A stretch of DNA of 64,000 bases from Selaginella moellendorffii. Its lineage: Eukaryota; Plantae; Lycopodiophyta. The DNA lies in NCBI RefSeq assembly GCF_000143415.4, contig NW_003314268.1, positions 325,117 through 389,116 on the forward strand. Reading direction: 5' to 3'. The stretch's first letter is position 1. Each line of letters begins with the position of its first letter. A program made the translations under genes and the position numbers. Under the pieces are notes generated by a model that saw only the letters and a program-made list of their open reading frames with translations, did not search any database and had not been told where the DNA came from. Of this stretch, positions 34,515 to 47,228 are shown piece by piece.

Positions 34515-34969
34515 TATTGAGGGCCAAAGCCAGCTCAAGAATAAAACTTGGTCCAAGTCGGGGTTTTTTCCTTCTTTTTTGGTTATAGTGGGGGGAATAA
34601 GGGAACATTCTGCTGAAAACAGGGTGCGCCCCTTGGTGCTAGAGGTTGACGATAGGGGGGACGGCCAATTTGCAGGCATAGCATGTGTGTAGAAGTGAAG
34701 GGAGTGAAATAAAGAGAAGGTCTTGGAAGGATGCCTCGTCCAACAGCCTTGGAGTGCGTGGAGCAGAGGTTGGCAGTGCAGCGGCGACTACAGTTGTTTG
34801 AGGAGCATATCACAGCGAGAATTGCTCAAGATCAACCAATCTGTGTGAGTTGTCCGACTTGTGGGCAGCCCTGGGTTAGGATGTTGGCAGAGGTTCTAGC
34901 AGAGGTCGCCGACGAGGCTAGGCAGCAGTGATTATCCACGTCGCTGGTGTGTTGTCGTGAGGAGTGACA
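34515..34969 (+). repeat. Gypsy 5' LTR
   Basis: Direct repeat of 42025-42491; ends in CA, and the start has decayed to TA. Confidence 0.9.
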
Positions 34970-35082
34970 TCTTTTGGTGCATTGCCTAGGAAGCAAAGCA
35001 AGCATGGAGATTGTGGTAGAAGGGTGAGCGCCAGGGGAAGTCGGGCTGCCCTAACCAAATCGAGGCTGTTCCTTCTTGGTGT

Positions 35083-38000
35083 ATGAGCCAAAGAAGACAA
35101 GAGTATTTGGCGAGACTTGTAGAAGCGCAAGAGCAAGAGGAAAGACGAACGAAGCAAAGACGTGAGAGAGAGGCGAGAATTCTTGCGAGAAATCTGCCAC
35201 TGGTTCATGAGCCTGAGAGCCCAAGAGCGAGGAGTGCAGATCCTCGGCCAAGCAGTCCTGTTAGCGATCAGGAGAATAATCAGGAACAAGAAGACGAGTG
35301 GCAGGAGTTCCAGTCATCACCACCGCGACAACAGCCAATAGAGCAGCAGCAACAACCACCAATCCAACAAGTACAACAACCTCGGCAACAACAAGCAGGG
35401 AATATGGAAATGACAAAAATGAAGTATACCATCTTTAATGGTATGGGAGATCCAGACGCCCACGTGACAGCGCTTGAGAATACGTCTACAACAAATGATG
35501 AGGCAGATGCAGCAGATCGCAGGAAACTTTTTCCAGCCACGTTACAAGGCGTAGCTACAAAATGGATGGCTCAAGTTCCGGCAGCGACAGATTGGGCAGC
35601 ATTGAGAGCATCCTTTTTGGCTACCTTTCGGCCGGTAGGCTTTTCACAGCGACTCATGAGTGATCTGAGTCATTTTCAACTCTTGCCTGGTGAGAGTTTA
35701 CAAAGCTATACATTAAGGTTCAAGGGATTGATCCTCAAGAAGCAACCACAGCCGACAAAAGAAGAGCAAGCACAGTACTACACAAATGGCTTGCCTCATG
35801 CGGTTAGCTTTCATGTCTCGTGCCATAATCCACAAACTTTGGCCGATGCAATTCGTCTAGCGGGAACCTGGGAGCAAGCACAGCTCAAGATAAGACACCA
35901 CTTCAGTAATCTTGGAATGGGAGCTTTCAGCAATGGAATGATGAATTCCATGATGGGAGGACTTGGAAGCACACCACAACAACCAATACCTACTGGACAG
36001 CAGCCTTTTGGAGTCTTTGGAACAGGTCTTGGGATGATGGACTATAGCCACCAACAACAGCAACAATGGCAAGCTTCAACAAGTGCAGTTCCAAATCCAG
36101 CGGCAACTACAGTGGATATCCAAGCAGAGATGAAGAAAATAAAGGAAGACATGGTGGAAGCCATGACAAAAAAGATGAATGACTTGCAATTGAATTGGGT
36201 TAGAGGGGTACAGAGCAGGCCACAGCCCGTGCGGCAACGAGAAAACATCTGGTGTGTGCGATGCAACAATTATGGACACTACCCAAATGAGTGTCCACAG
36301 CCAGTGGTGAATCGAGAGAAGTGTCAGTATTGCCGGTGAACTAATCATCGCTCAGAGGATTGTTTTTACAAACCAGGAAATCCAGCAATCCCTGCAAGTT
36401 ACATCCAAACTGCGCCATCATCACCACCATCTTCGGTTCGAGCACCGACCTTCTTTCAATGCTCGTTTTCTCCTCCAGTCCAGACCATGAGCTATGAGCT
36501 AGTGATTCAGGGGTATACGCCAGATATGATTCCAGTATATGCAGCAGCACCAATTCCAGGTGGCCGTGGACGAGGAGCTCCCTGTAGAGGACCTGTTCAA
36601 TGCTGGAATTGCGATGAGATGGGCCACATTTCACCAAACTGTCCACATCCCAGGAAGCAGATTGGGTACCAGCCCATATGTGGAATCTGTCAGACACAGG
36701 GCTTGCACGAGTAGGACAATTGCCCGCATAAGTTCAAGCCAAGCAAGGGAAAGGGGGTTGTAGAAAGCAATGCAATTTTTGTCCAGCAAGCTGCACCAAA
36801 ATCTGGAGTTATGACACGGGCACGGAGGCGTCAACAGATGGAGAACTCTGTAATTGAGGATGCTGAGGAGGAGGATGACCCAGAGAAAATTGCAAGAAAG
36901 AACCGCAAGGAGAATAGAGAGAGCAAGCAGCCCAAATCCGATCCACTGGCTACAAATGACCAAGATAAACTAGTCCCTGATCCTGAAATAACTACCCCAG
37001 ATAGGGCTCTTGACAAGGGCCAGGGAGTCGCCAAGGTGCTACGCAAAAAGTGGAAACGAGTGTTGAATCTAGAAACGCAGCCGTACAATATTCTTCAAGA
37101 CTTGGATAGTCAACGCCCAAACATCACATTCGCCTAGCTCTTGCAATTGGCTCCAGGCATGAGGAAAGTGTTGGCCGTGGCCATGAAGGGATATCGAGAA
37201 GTACTGGTTAATTCAGCTTGGCCCCTTATCACAGATCTTAGTTCCCCCTGTATAGATGTGGAGACGCAAGGCGAGCTGATCCGTCGCGCTGTGATCGATG
37301 TTGGAAGTGGGGTGAATATTTTGCCTAAGGAGACCTGGCGAAAGTTCAATCTTCTAGAACCAGTTCCAGTGCCGTTTATGGTTAAAATGGCCGACCAGAG
37401 ACGTGTCCAGCCAAGAGGAATCATGACCGCTGTTCGCACTCAGATTGCTGGTCTAGTTTTCCACATCGATTTCATGGTTTTGAGGATGAAGGAGGGCATG
37501 TTGGGCTATCCACTGCTGCTCGGACGTCCTTGGCTTCTCCAGGCGGCAGCTGTGCATAATTGGTGTACAGGAATTCTTGCCATTGGCGATGGCAATAATT
37601 GTGTTAAAGTCCAAGTTCATTTTTGCCCTAGGGCATGGCAAGTACTTGGGGCAGAACAGGAGGATGAAGACAGCTCTGATACATCCAATTCTAGCAGCCA
37701 TACAAGCAATGAGGACAATGAGGAGGATAGCAGCAGCACAGCCAGTTGTGAGGAGCTAGAAATGGTGGATGTGGCTGCTATCACCAAGAATTCCTGGGGT
37801 AAGCCTTTTTCAGTATGCAACACCGAGGAGCTTGAGAGCTAGCTATGGGGAAGTGATGGAGAGTTGCCTTTCGGCAGCGTACAGATGGTGGAAGAAGAGA
37901 TTGGTGCCAAACAGTGGCGAGGATGGAGCCCTTTTCCTCGCTACATAGCTACGGTGCTACACAAGAAGTGGATGGACGGCATTTTGAATCCTGATGTGAG

Positions 38001-41000
38001 GAACAATTTTTTGAGCGAGGAACTAGTTGCCACTTGCCAACTCAAAGCTATTCCAGTGGAGCAGCCATGCTGGGCTATGTGAGCAGGAGAGTTGAAGCGG
38101 ATAGTATATAGAGTTCCAGGGTTGACGATCAAGATACCAGAATTTCCAGTCGACTTGGATTTTCTGGTGGCACCTTGGAAAATGGACAACTATATTCTGC
38201 TGGGACGAGATTTCTTAAAGGCAGCAAGAGTGTCTCATCAGTGGAATGATCCGCTTCACTTGTGGATTCCAAATCCACATGGCAGTGATAGAGTGTAGAT
38301 TGGCATGGAAGAAGGGGACAAGCCCAGAGAGCAAGTTTTTATCACGGTGTTGGAATCAAGAGCTGAAAATCAAGCTGTGCCAATGCCAGTGGCGTTCCAG
38401 ACAGTGGACAGTTCTGAGGCTTGGATGGGAGGAACCAAAGCAATGCATCTCACAGCATTTTTGGAGAATGTGGAACTCACAGCAATGGTGGATCCAGGAG
38501 CACTTGGCAACTTTTTGACAAAAGATGGAGCAGCTCGAGCAAGCTTGGCGATTACAGCTCTTCCTGAGCATTACATTGCCGTCTATGCCGATGGTGGAGT
38601 TTTTCTAGTGCTGGGTCTCATGAGTTCCAACGTGGTGATTGGTGAGGGAGACTTTCACGAGATGCCTTTTTATGTGATCGAGGGCACTGTGACCAGCGTA
38701 CCAGTTACTTTGGGAGCAGCTTGGCTTTTCCAAGTACAGGCTAGTCACGACTATGTGACTGGTACTCTGGTGGTGGAAGATGATAATCATCGATCTCGGA
38801 CAATCATCTTGTCTGATATCAGTGCGTTTGATTATCACTTTTCTTACATGCTGAAAGTCGAGAAGGCTTCAAGGTTAAAAAGCAAGGAAGTGACAGCATG
38901 CAAGTGCTCAAGTCATCACTAACTCAGCTAATCCAGATCGGGAATGGACCTCAAGATCTAGCTGGTCATCAACTTTCCGTGGACATGGTGCCAACAGCTG
39001 ATTTGGAAGCAGGAAATTATCCCAGCTATTTTTTTAAGGAGCAGGTTTCTGATCTTCCACTCAAGGAGACTTCCGCTCGTTCTCAAGTCAATTCAGATTA
39101 TTTTGGAAGGGCACCCCAGACACAGGTTGTGTTTATGGAGCAGGTTGGTGACGAGCGATGTGAGTTACTGGTGGGACACCAACTCACCAAGGAGGAGGTG
39201 GAAGCTTATCGTCAACTATTTTTGGAGTTTTGAGATGTGTTCGCATGGAGCTATGCTGAACTTGCTGGAGTAGATCCGGAGCTGGTGCAACACAAGATTC
39301 CCTTGCTTCCAGATGCGGTGCCACAGCGGCAAAGAGCTTATAAGATGAATCCGAGCTATGCTAAGGCTGTGCATGAAGAGCTTCAGAAGCTGTTGGATGC
39401 AGGATTTATTGAAGAAGTGGAGGCTACAGATTAGCTCTCGCCAATCGTAGTGGTCCGGAAGAAGAATGGAAAACTTAGAGTGTGCGTGGATTATTGCCGC
39501 CTTAATGCTGCAACGAGGCGGGATGGATTTCCTCTTCCCTTCATAGATGTGGTGCTGGATGGGGTCGCAAGGAAGGAGTTGTACAGCTTTATGGATGGTT
39601 ATAGTGGATATAACCAGATCCAGGTGGCTCCTGAGGATCGAGCAAAGATGGCATTTGTTACAGAGTGGGGTTGCTATATTTTTCGTGTCATGCCATTTGG
39701 TTTGACAAACACATTGGCTACTTTCCAACATGTGGTGACTTCAGCATTCAGATCTCTTCTTTATGAGAGTGTGGAAGTCTTCTTGGATGACTTCTCAACT
39801 TTTGGAAGCTGTGGAAAACAGCTAAAGCAGCTCCGTGCAGTGTTCCAGCAATGCTGAAAGTTTGGTATTTCTCTTAATCCTGGGAAGTGCCAATTCGGAG
39901 TAATGCATGGCGTGTTGCTTGGCAGGGTCATCTCGGCTCAAGGCTTGGAGGTGAATCCTGCAAAAGTGAATGTAGTGGAAGAGCTTGAGGCACCACAGAC
40001 TGTGAGGGAGCTACAAGCTTTTCTCGGCCATGTTGGTTATCACCGATGCTTTATCCAGCATTATGCCGATGTAGCTTTTCCTTTGGCGGGCCTCTTGAAA
40101 AAGAACGTTCCTTTTGTGTGGACCCTTGAGTGCCAAGCTTCCTTTGTACAGTTGAAGCGAGCCTTGACGACCGCTCCAATTCTTAAGCCACCAGACTGGA
40201 ATTTGAAATTCCATGTGCATGTCGACACCTCAGCATTTGCTATTGGTGCTGTTTTATGCCAGCCAATTAATGGTTGGGATCATCCCATCTTTTATTCGAG
40301 CAGGCAGTTATCTCTAGTTGAGAAGAATTATTCAACCATTGAACGCGAGGGCTTGGGAATGGTGTTTGCTGTTTCCAAATATCACCACTATTTGCTGGGA
40401 AAGCCATTCCTCTTCTATTTGGATCACCAGGCACTGCACTATCTTATCAATAAGCCCTGTCAACATGGCCAAATCACTTGCTGGTTGCTTCTGCTTCAAG
40501 AATTCGAATTCGAGATCATATTGAAGCCGGGAAAATCTCATGTGATGCCTGATCATCTTTCGAGATTACCAGGAGAACCTGCCAGGGAAGGAGTTTATGA
40601 TGAGCTGCCCAATGCTCCTCTTTTCTTGTTGGAGGGCAGGCAAGTTTCTGCAGAAATTCCAGCTATGTTCTCAACTCGAGCAGAAGCAGAGGAGCTACTA
40701 TTATACCAGGTTGTAGCTGTGTCGGAGTGGTATCAGGGTATTGCAGAATTTCTGGCTGCTGGCAGATTTCCTAATGATATGCCGAAGGTGGCACAGAAGA
40801 GGCTTCTTTACCAGTCACGAGCTTTCACCCTGATTGCTGGCCAGCTTTATAAGGAGGGAAGAGATGGTGTTCTAAGGCACTGCATTCTTCCTCATGAGGT
40901 GCAGCAGGTGATTGGCTCTTGCCATGATTCTCCCTACAGTGGGCATTATGCAGCAGCAGTGACTATACGACTTGTGCTCCAAACTGGTTATTGGTGGCCA

Positions 41001-41990
41001 ACGCTCCAGCAGGATGTGGAGAAATTTGTGAGAAGTTGTGCTCCATGCCAGCGTGTTGGGCATCCTACTCGACGAGATGCAATGCCGTTACATCCAATTA
41101 TTCCAGCTCTACCTTTTGAGAAGTGGGGAATCGACTTCATGGGGCCGTTCAAGCCTACGCAACATCGCCGGAATCGTTATATCTTGGTCTGCACAGACTA
41201 TGTGACCAAGTGGGTGGAAGCTGAGGCTTTTACTGAGGACATGGTAGAGAAGGTAGCAGGATTCCTCTACAAGAATATCATCACGCACTTTAGATGCCCA
41301 CTTGAGCTTGTGAGTGATCGAGGTACGCATTTTATTAATGCGGTCATTGCAGCTCTCACAGCCAAGTATGGCATTTCCCATCGACATTCGACGCCATATC
41401 ATCCAAGAGCAAACGGCCAAGTTGAGAGAACCAATAAGACACTATGTGACACCATGACCAAGCTTTGCAACACAAGTGCTAGTGACTGGGATACCAAGCT
41501 TCTTGATGCGCTATGGGCTTACAGGGTTGCCTACAAGGTAACTACATGGTTCTCACCATTTTAATTGGTTTATGGCCAAGAGGCAATCCTTCCTCTTGAG
41601 CTGGAAGCTCCTTCTTTGCGGACAGCAGTAGCTTACAATTATGACTGGGACAGAGCTGTTCAGCAGCGGCTGGAGCAGTTGGAGAAGCTAGATGAGACTC
41701 GCCTCCTTGCTTTCCAAGCCCATGAAGTTCTCCAACATCAACACAAGAAGTGGTATGATCGTCATTTATGGGCTAGGAGTTTTCAGGAAGGAGATCTTGT
41801 GCTGCTGTATGAGAGCAAGTACTGGAAGCGTCTGGGAAAGCTTAAGATCCGCTGGATTGGGCCTTATCATGTGAAGGTTGTGAATATCAATGGCTCAGTC
41901 AAGCTGGAGGGATTTTGCTGGTAATCCGTTGCCCACACCAGTGAACGGAGCTCAACTACGGTGCTACCAAGTCCCATCTGGAGAGGAGTG
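35083..41990 (+). pseudogene. Gypsy gag-pol pseudogene
   Basis: Gag with CCHC knuckles (CVRCNNYGHYPNEC, CWNCDEMGHISPNC), protease IDVGSGVN, RT (RVCVDY, MPFGL, FLDDF), RNase H (VDTS, YSTIEREGL), and integrase (HDSPYSGH..CAPC, GIDF, SDRG, GQVER, GPY). It has multiple in-frame stops and one frame change within 38832-38920. Confidence 0.92.
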
Positions 41991-42024
41991 CTCCGGGGAC
42001 AAAGCACAATGGTCACCGGGGTGA

Positions 42025-42491
42025 TGTCAAGGGCCAGAGCCAGCTCAAGAATAAGACTTAGTCCAAGTTGGGGTTTTTTCCTTCTTTTTTGGTTATAGTG
42101 GGGGGAATAAGGGAATATTCTACTGAAAATAGGGTGCGTCCCTTGGTGCCAGAGGTTGACAATAGGGGGGATGGCCAATTTGCAAGCATAGCATGTGTGT
42201 AGAAGTGAAGGGAGTGAAATAAAGAGAAGGTCTTGGAAGGATGCCTCGTCCAACAGCCTTGGAGCGCGTGGAGCAGAGGTTGGCAATGCAATGGTGACTA
42301 CGGTTGTTTGAGGAGCGTATCATAGCAAGAATCGCTCAAGATCAACCAATCTGTGTGAGTTGTCTGACTTGTAGGCAGCTCTGGGTTAGGATGTTGGCAA
42401 AGGTTCTAGCAGAGGTCACTGACAAGGCTAGAGATGAGGCTAGGCAGCAGTGATTCCCCACGTCGCTGGTGTGTTGTCGTGAGGAGAGACA
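42025..42491 (+). repeat. Gypsy 3' LTR
   Basis: TG...CA direct repeat of the 5' LTR with a 12-bp extra segment. Confidence 0.9.
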
Positions 42492-45400
42492 TGCACCTTT
42501 TGAAATGAAGGACTTATATTGTACAGCCTTCCCATTTCTAGCTGGTCATGTATGCCGGTCTAGTGTTGACATTAGTGGCATAGCAATATCAATAGCAACA
42601 TTTAAGGAAGTCTTCAACTTGAAACCAGCTCTCTCCAAACTTTCAATCTCTTCTTTCAAATGATTACAACTTAGCTCAACTGGCCACTCCTCTAGCATAG
42701 AATCTGGCTTTGAGATAATTAAGCTATGGATCCGGTTTATATGAGTAATATCAGTCCCACAATAGTAAATTCAACTTGACTAGTGGCTTTACCCCTAGAT
42801 CTTGACAGCCCTAGAAACATGATATTACTAAAAAACTTCAACTTGAGCGCATAAATGCAAAACATTGACCTCGACTCCCAATCATTCTGGAGCAACACAC
42901 ATTACTCTTGGCACTGACTTTTCAAATTGCCCAATGGATACGAGAAACTGGCTTACAAGCAATAATCTTCTCAACCTTTAGCATTGGATTTACTTGTGTA
43001 ACAACTGGCACCTTCTCCACTTCATGTTCCTTACTTCTTCTCTGGTGTCATGGAATAGAATTGTAGTAAAACTCTGGATGGTGAGAGCTAGGAGTGATGT
43101 TGGGCGCATCAAATGTTTGTCAATGCTTCATACGAGCTGTCCTCATGTCCCCAAGTGGTTTATAACTTAATTCCATAAGAGTTCCAATAACAACTTCCTC
43201 CACCATCTTAGATATTGACCCTATTGTTGGTGTTGTCCTTCTACCAACCCGCTCTAGAAGCTTGTCTAAGTTTGGACCTATACTAGCAAACCTTGCTTCC
43301 TATGCAACCAAAGCTTTTAATAACTACTTAAAAGATCTAGTGAGGTCAGAGAGTGTAGCTTTATAGAGGGACATTTTTCCTTTCCTTGCTTCAGAAGCTT
43401 TCCAACTCCAATGTTTGCTCTCAGAGAGATTAATTGTTAGTGTAAGTGCAATGTCATCAAGTGGTTGATCCTAGAAAAAATGCAATATTTGAATGTGACA
43501 AGAAAAGAAAATGAGAGAAACCTTATATAAAGAATATAATGCCCCATTAAAATATTCAAACTTCCCACCATGCAAGCCAACACTCCATTTATGGAAGGTG
43601 TTCAATTGGCATTTTGTCTCCTTCATGCCACCATATGTGCATCTCATTTGCTTTTGCCTTGTGCTCCTCTTTAGTTGGTGCATCCATCTATTCCCAATAA
43701 AGTTGCTTGAACTCATGATGGAAGCTAGACTTGATATATCTGCAATGTTCATTGACACTTTTTGCCCAATGAAACTCACAACTCTTCTCTCTACCTTGTA
43801 ATAGCTAACTTTTATCACCTCTAAATACTTGTCATACATCCAACCAATTAGCACTAGCAGCATCTACCATGAAACCGCAGAAGTTGGGTTTCTTCCCAGT
43901 TCACTGTTCAATAACCTTGGATATACATGTTTAAAAGATGGTTTGAGCTTGGAAATCTTGAACCTTGAATTCAGCTATAACCATAATCAAATTGCATTGC
44001 AACCTATAGAAGGAATGATTATAATATAAATCGGTATGGAATCTTTAAAAAATGAAAAGCCACTTACTTGTGATCATAAACATAAACTCCCATTGTTGAC
44101 CAGTACCATGTGGTCAAAATGGATCTAGGAATTAGCCAAGTCCCCATCTCCATCCATATCCATTTATTGTACAAGGTCCACACTAAAAGTAGACCAAGGG
44201 TGGACATCTTAAAAATGAAAGGGCGTTGACTATTTGAAATCACTTGGCCAATGAACAAGCTCCCATGAATAAACTCATAGGGACATTTTTTTTTAACTCC
44301 AAAATCGTATCCAATTCAGATTGAAGCTTTCCATCTCACCCTTCTCACATCCAGTTCTTTATTCTGCTAAAAAAAAAAGTGTTTCTAGTGACAAAGTAGA
44401 GTTAAGTATTAACTTATACCTGTTTAAATTTGTTATAGGTTTTATATTTTGAAGTAGGTCCTTCAAGTTGTTCTCCATGAAGTATTTTTTGCTATCAGCT
44501 TGTAGCAACATATCCACCACATAGTCCTTTAGTACAAACTGTTAAACACACTTTGGAATTGTGGCACTTTTCTTCCCAGCCTCTATAGTAATAGTAGACT
44601 TCAAATTGCAAAAAGAATCACGGCAAATTCCTTCCTTTATTGCATGTTGTTAGTATCCAATATGCACTGTTTTTCTACCTAAACATCCATCCTGTGGAAG
44701 AAAATAATATGTTTTTGCATCGCAACATGTTTGACACATAGATGTTGCCCTGCATTTATGACATTTAAACCTTGTAGCAACCTCACCATGCCTAGAGGGA
44801 TTGATCGCTGAGCCTTCAAAGAAACACATATTCTTGCCATGATCAAAAATGCATTTCTCAGTGACACACTAAAGCTGTCCACCATAATGGACTATGGACA
44901 CAGATCCGTTGAAATAGGAGAAGTAGGTCATCTTTACTTTGCACCAATTATGTGAATCAAGATGTGTCTCCATGCCCCTCTTCTTGCTTGAAGTCTATAA
45001 ATGTATTTTATTCATTTTTTAACTATTTTATATGTTTTCCTTTGTCTTTATCTCATATAAGCTTAATTGATATAACATGTGTTAGAACATTATAAATTGA
45101 GTATTGGGGAAATCGACAAACTGGCATGTGGAAATTCAAAGAATATATTCTCATTATAAGAAGATAGAAGCTCCTCACCTCTCATGTACTGGAACTTCTT
45201 CAGTTTCAACCATAATGATCGAGATTGCCGAAATGCCCTATCCACCGCTTCAAAAACTAGTCCAAAAGGAACACACCTACTTATTTGGGAAGCTATGTTA
45301 TAAAGTTTATCTTCTTCACTTTCGTCATTAGAGAGAATAACTTCATCCTTCACTCCTTACATAGTTGGTTGTGAAATTGACACACTCTCCTTTGCTCACT

Positions 45401-45912
45401 TTAGAGATCCTGTAATTAGAATCTTCTAACCTGTACATCTATCAAAATCCCACTGAATCCCATTCTCTCCCACACCACTATCGAGAAGAATGGACTTTTC
45501 TATCAAATTACCTTTATCCCAACATACATTCTCCAAATTAATTGATCCTAGTTTCAACTTGAATCTTCTACAAAGGAAGTTCTCTCCTATAACACTCTTA
45601 GAGAAAACAATTGGAAACTCTTGATTGAACTTCAAGTAGAATTCTCTCATATCTTCTCCTTGCTAAAGCACTTAGAAAAAATTTGGGGAGAAACTGATAA
45701 GAAAGAACAAAGATATTCTTTTATCTTGTGAGTTTTAATTAGCTGTGTCCTTGCAAAGAACAAGTTAAATATTTTAACAAAATATACAATTATTTAGAAT
45801 CTAAAGATATATGGGAATCTTAAAGAGCCACTCATATTAATTCTATAATTGATTGTGAGAGGAATAATACTGTTGAAATGAATGGGGTTATGAGTGAGAG
45901 GTGCCAATTAAT

Positions 45913-46012
45913 NNNNNNNNNNNNNNNNNNNNNNNNNNNNNNNNNNNNNNNNNNNNNNNNNNNNNNNNNNNNNNNNNNNNNNNNNNNNNNNNNNNNNNNN
46001 NNNNNNNNNNNN
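45913..46012. other. Assembly gap (100 N)
   Basis: Run of N. Confidence 1.
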
Positions 46013-46420
46013 ATCTTACATGAATTTGAGACCTCTAGTCTGGACTACGTATGCATCATATAGACGTGAGTCTTTCTACATTAATGATCCTCCTGAGACC
46101 CCTAGGTTCACGAGCACGTCTTGACATATATTATGGCGATTGATAAAATGCAACATCATCCGGCATTATGCTACACTGTTGTGATTAATTGGCACCTCTC
46201 ACTCATAACCCCATTCATTTCAACAATATTATTCCTCTCACAATCAATTACATATATCTTAATATCTAAAATATTGAATAATTGTCTCCTTGGAAAAAAA
46301 CACATAAAATCTATGTTCATAGTGGATTTTTCCAATAAATATATCCTATCACTAGAATCTAGAAAGCAATTGCCATTAAAGAGAATGAAAATCATGACCA
46401 TTGACCGTGACTGTTAATTT

Positions 46421-46443
46421 TTAGGGTTTTATTGCTAGGGTTT
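46421..46443. promoter_or_regulatory. Two telo-box motifs (TAGGGTTT) upstream of the cargo pseudogene
   Basis: TTAGGGTTT at 46421 and TAGGGTTT at 46436, about 100 bp before a GTATGC splice donor at 46546. Confidence 0.45.
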
Positions 46444-46683
46444 AAGCAAGGAAGGGCGAGAGAAAAACGCTTGAATCTCGCGATGCTTCTCAATTAGGAT
46501 GCTAGATGCTCTTTAAAGACACTAAAAAGACACTCTTTAATCAAGGTATGCCTCTCTCTACTGCTCTTCCATCTCCCCATCTTTTTCTCCTAGCTCGTGA
46601 GCAACTTGCATATCATGGCTACTTTGTGCTAACAAACCAATCTTCCCAGCACATTAGATTCTGGGTTTTTTTTTCTTTTATCA

Positions 46684-47150
46684 TTCCATTGGCATTGAGA
46701 TCGATTCGGCGACAAACTGATCTTCCTAGTGCCAAGGGAACTACTTCTTTTTTTCTTTTTTTTGTTCCCTTGGCATTAAGAAGATCAATTTGGTGACGAA
46801 TCGATCTTCCAATGCCAAGGGAACTGCTTCTTTTCTTCTTTTGTTTTTTGTTCCCTCAGCACTAGAAGATTGGTTTGCTGTTGAACTGATCTTCTCAACA
46901 CTAAGGGAGTTATTCCTTTTCTTTCTTTTTTAGTTTTCTTGGCACTAGAAGATTGATTTGCCACTAAACCAATCTTCCCAATGCTAAAGGAGCTATTTCT
47001 TTTCATTTTTTCTTTATTCTCTTAGTGTTGAAAGATTGGTTCGGCAACAAACTGATCTTCTCAGCACCAAGGGAGCTACTTTTTTTCTTTTGTTCCCTTG
47101 GTGTTAAAAGATTGGTTTAGCAATGAACCGATCTTCCCAGCACCAAAGAA
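46684..47150. repeat. Tandem array of six ~57-bp imperfect hairpins separated by T-rich linkers (period ~82 bp)
   Basis: For example ttcccttggcattaagaagatc...gatcttccaatgccaagggaa; units start at about 46684, 46765, 46851, 46934, 47017 and 47093. Confidence 0.85.
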
Positions 47151-47228
47151 ATTGCTCCTGTTTTCCTTCAATTTTTTTTTTAATGTTTATTCAAGTTTAT
47201 TTGTCATTTTCATGCAAACATATAAATC

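Larger units (their letters stand above)
34515..42491 (+). mobile_element. Full-length Ty3/Gypsy LTR retrotransposon, inactivated by point mutations
   Basis: LTRs at 34515-34969 and 42025-42491, 5-bp TSD TGCAC, PBS-like TGGTGCATTGCC at 34975, and gag-PR-RT-RH-IN order. Confidence 0.95.
34250..45652 (-). pseudogene. MULE transposase pseudogene copy 3, split by a Gypsy insertion
   Basis: Motifs RPFIFKMS, FMVDA, TINLSESKHW and a SWIM remnant (PSCTYPDF...CKH). The frame ISKGAQEKIKLAKAL is restored on removing 34515-42496. Confidence 0.8.

Noticed and set aside
38832-38920. Programmed -1 frameshift before RT
   Set aside because: I saw no canonical slippery heptamer, and a random indel in a decayed copy is equally likely. 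A family consensus is needed.
46684-47150. CRISPR-like repeat-spacer array
   Set aside because: The repeats are degenerate, the spacers are similar poly-T tracts, there are no cas genes, and the context is eukaryotic.
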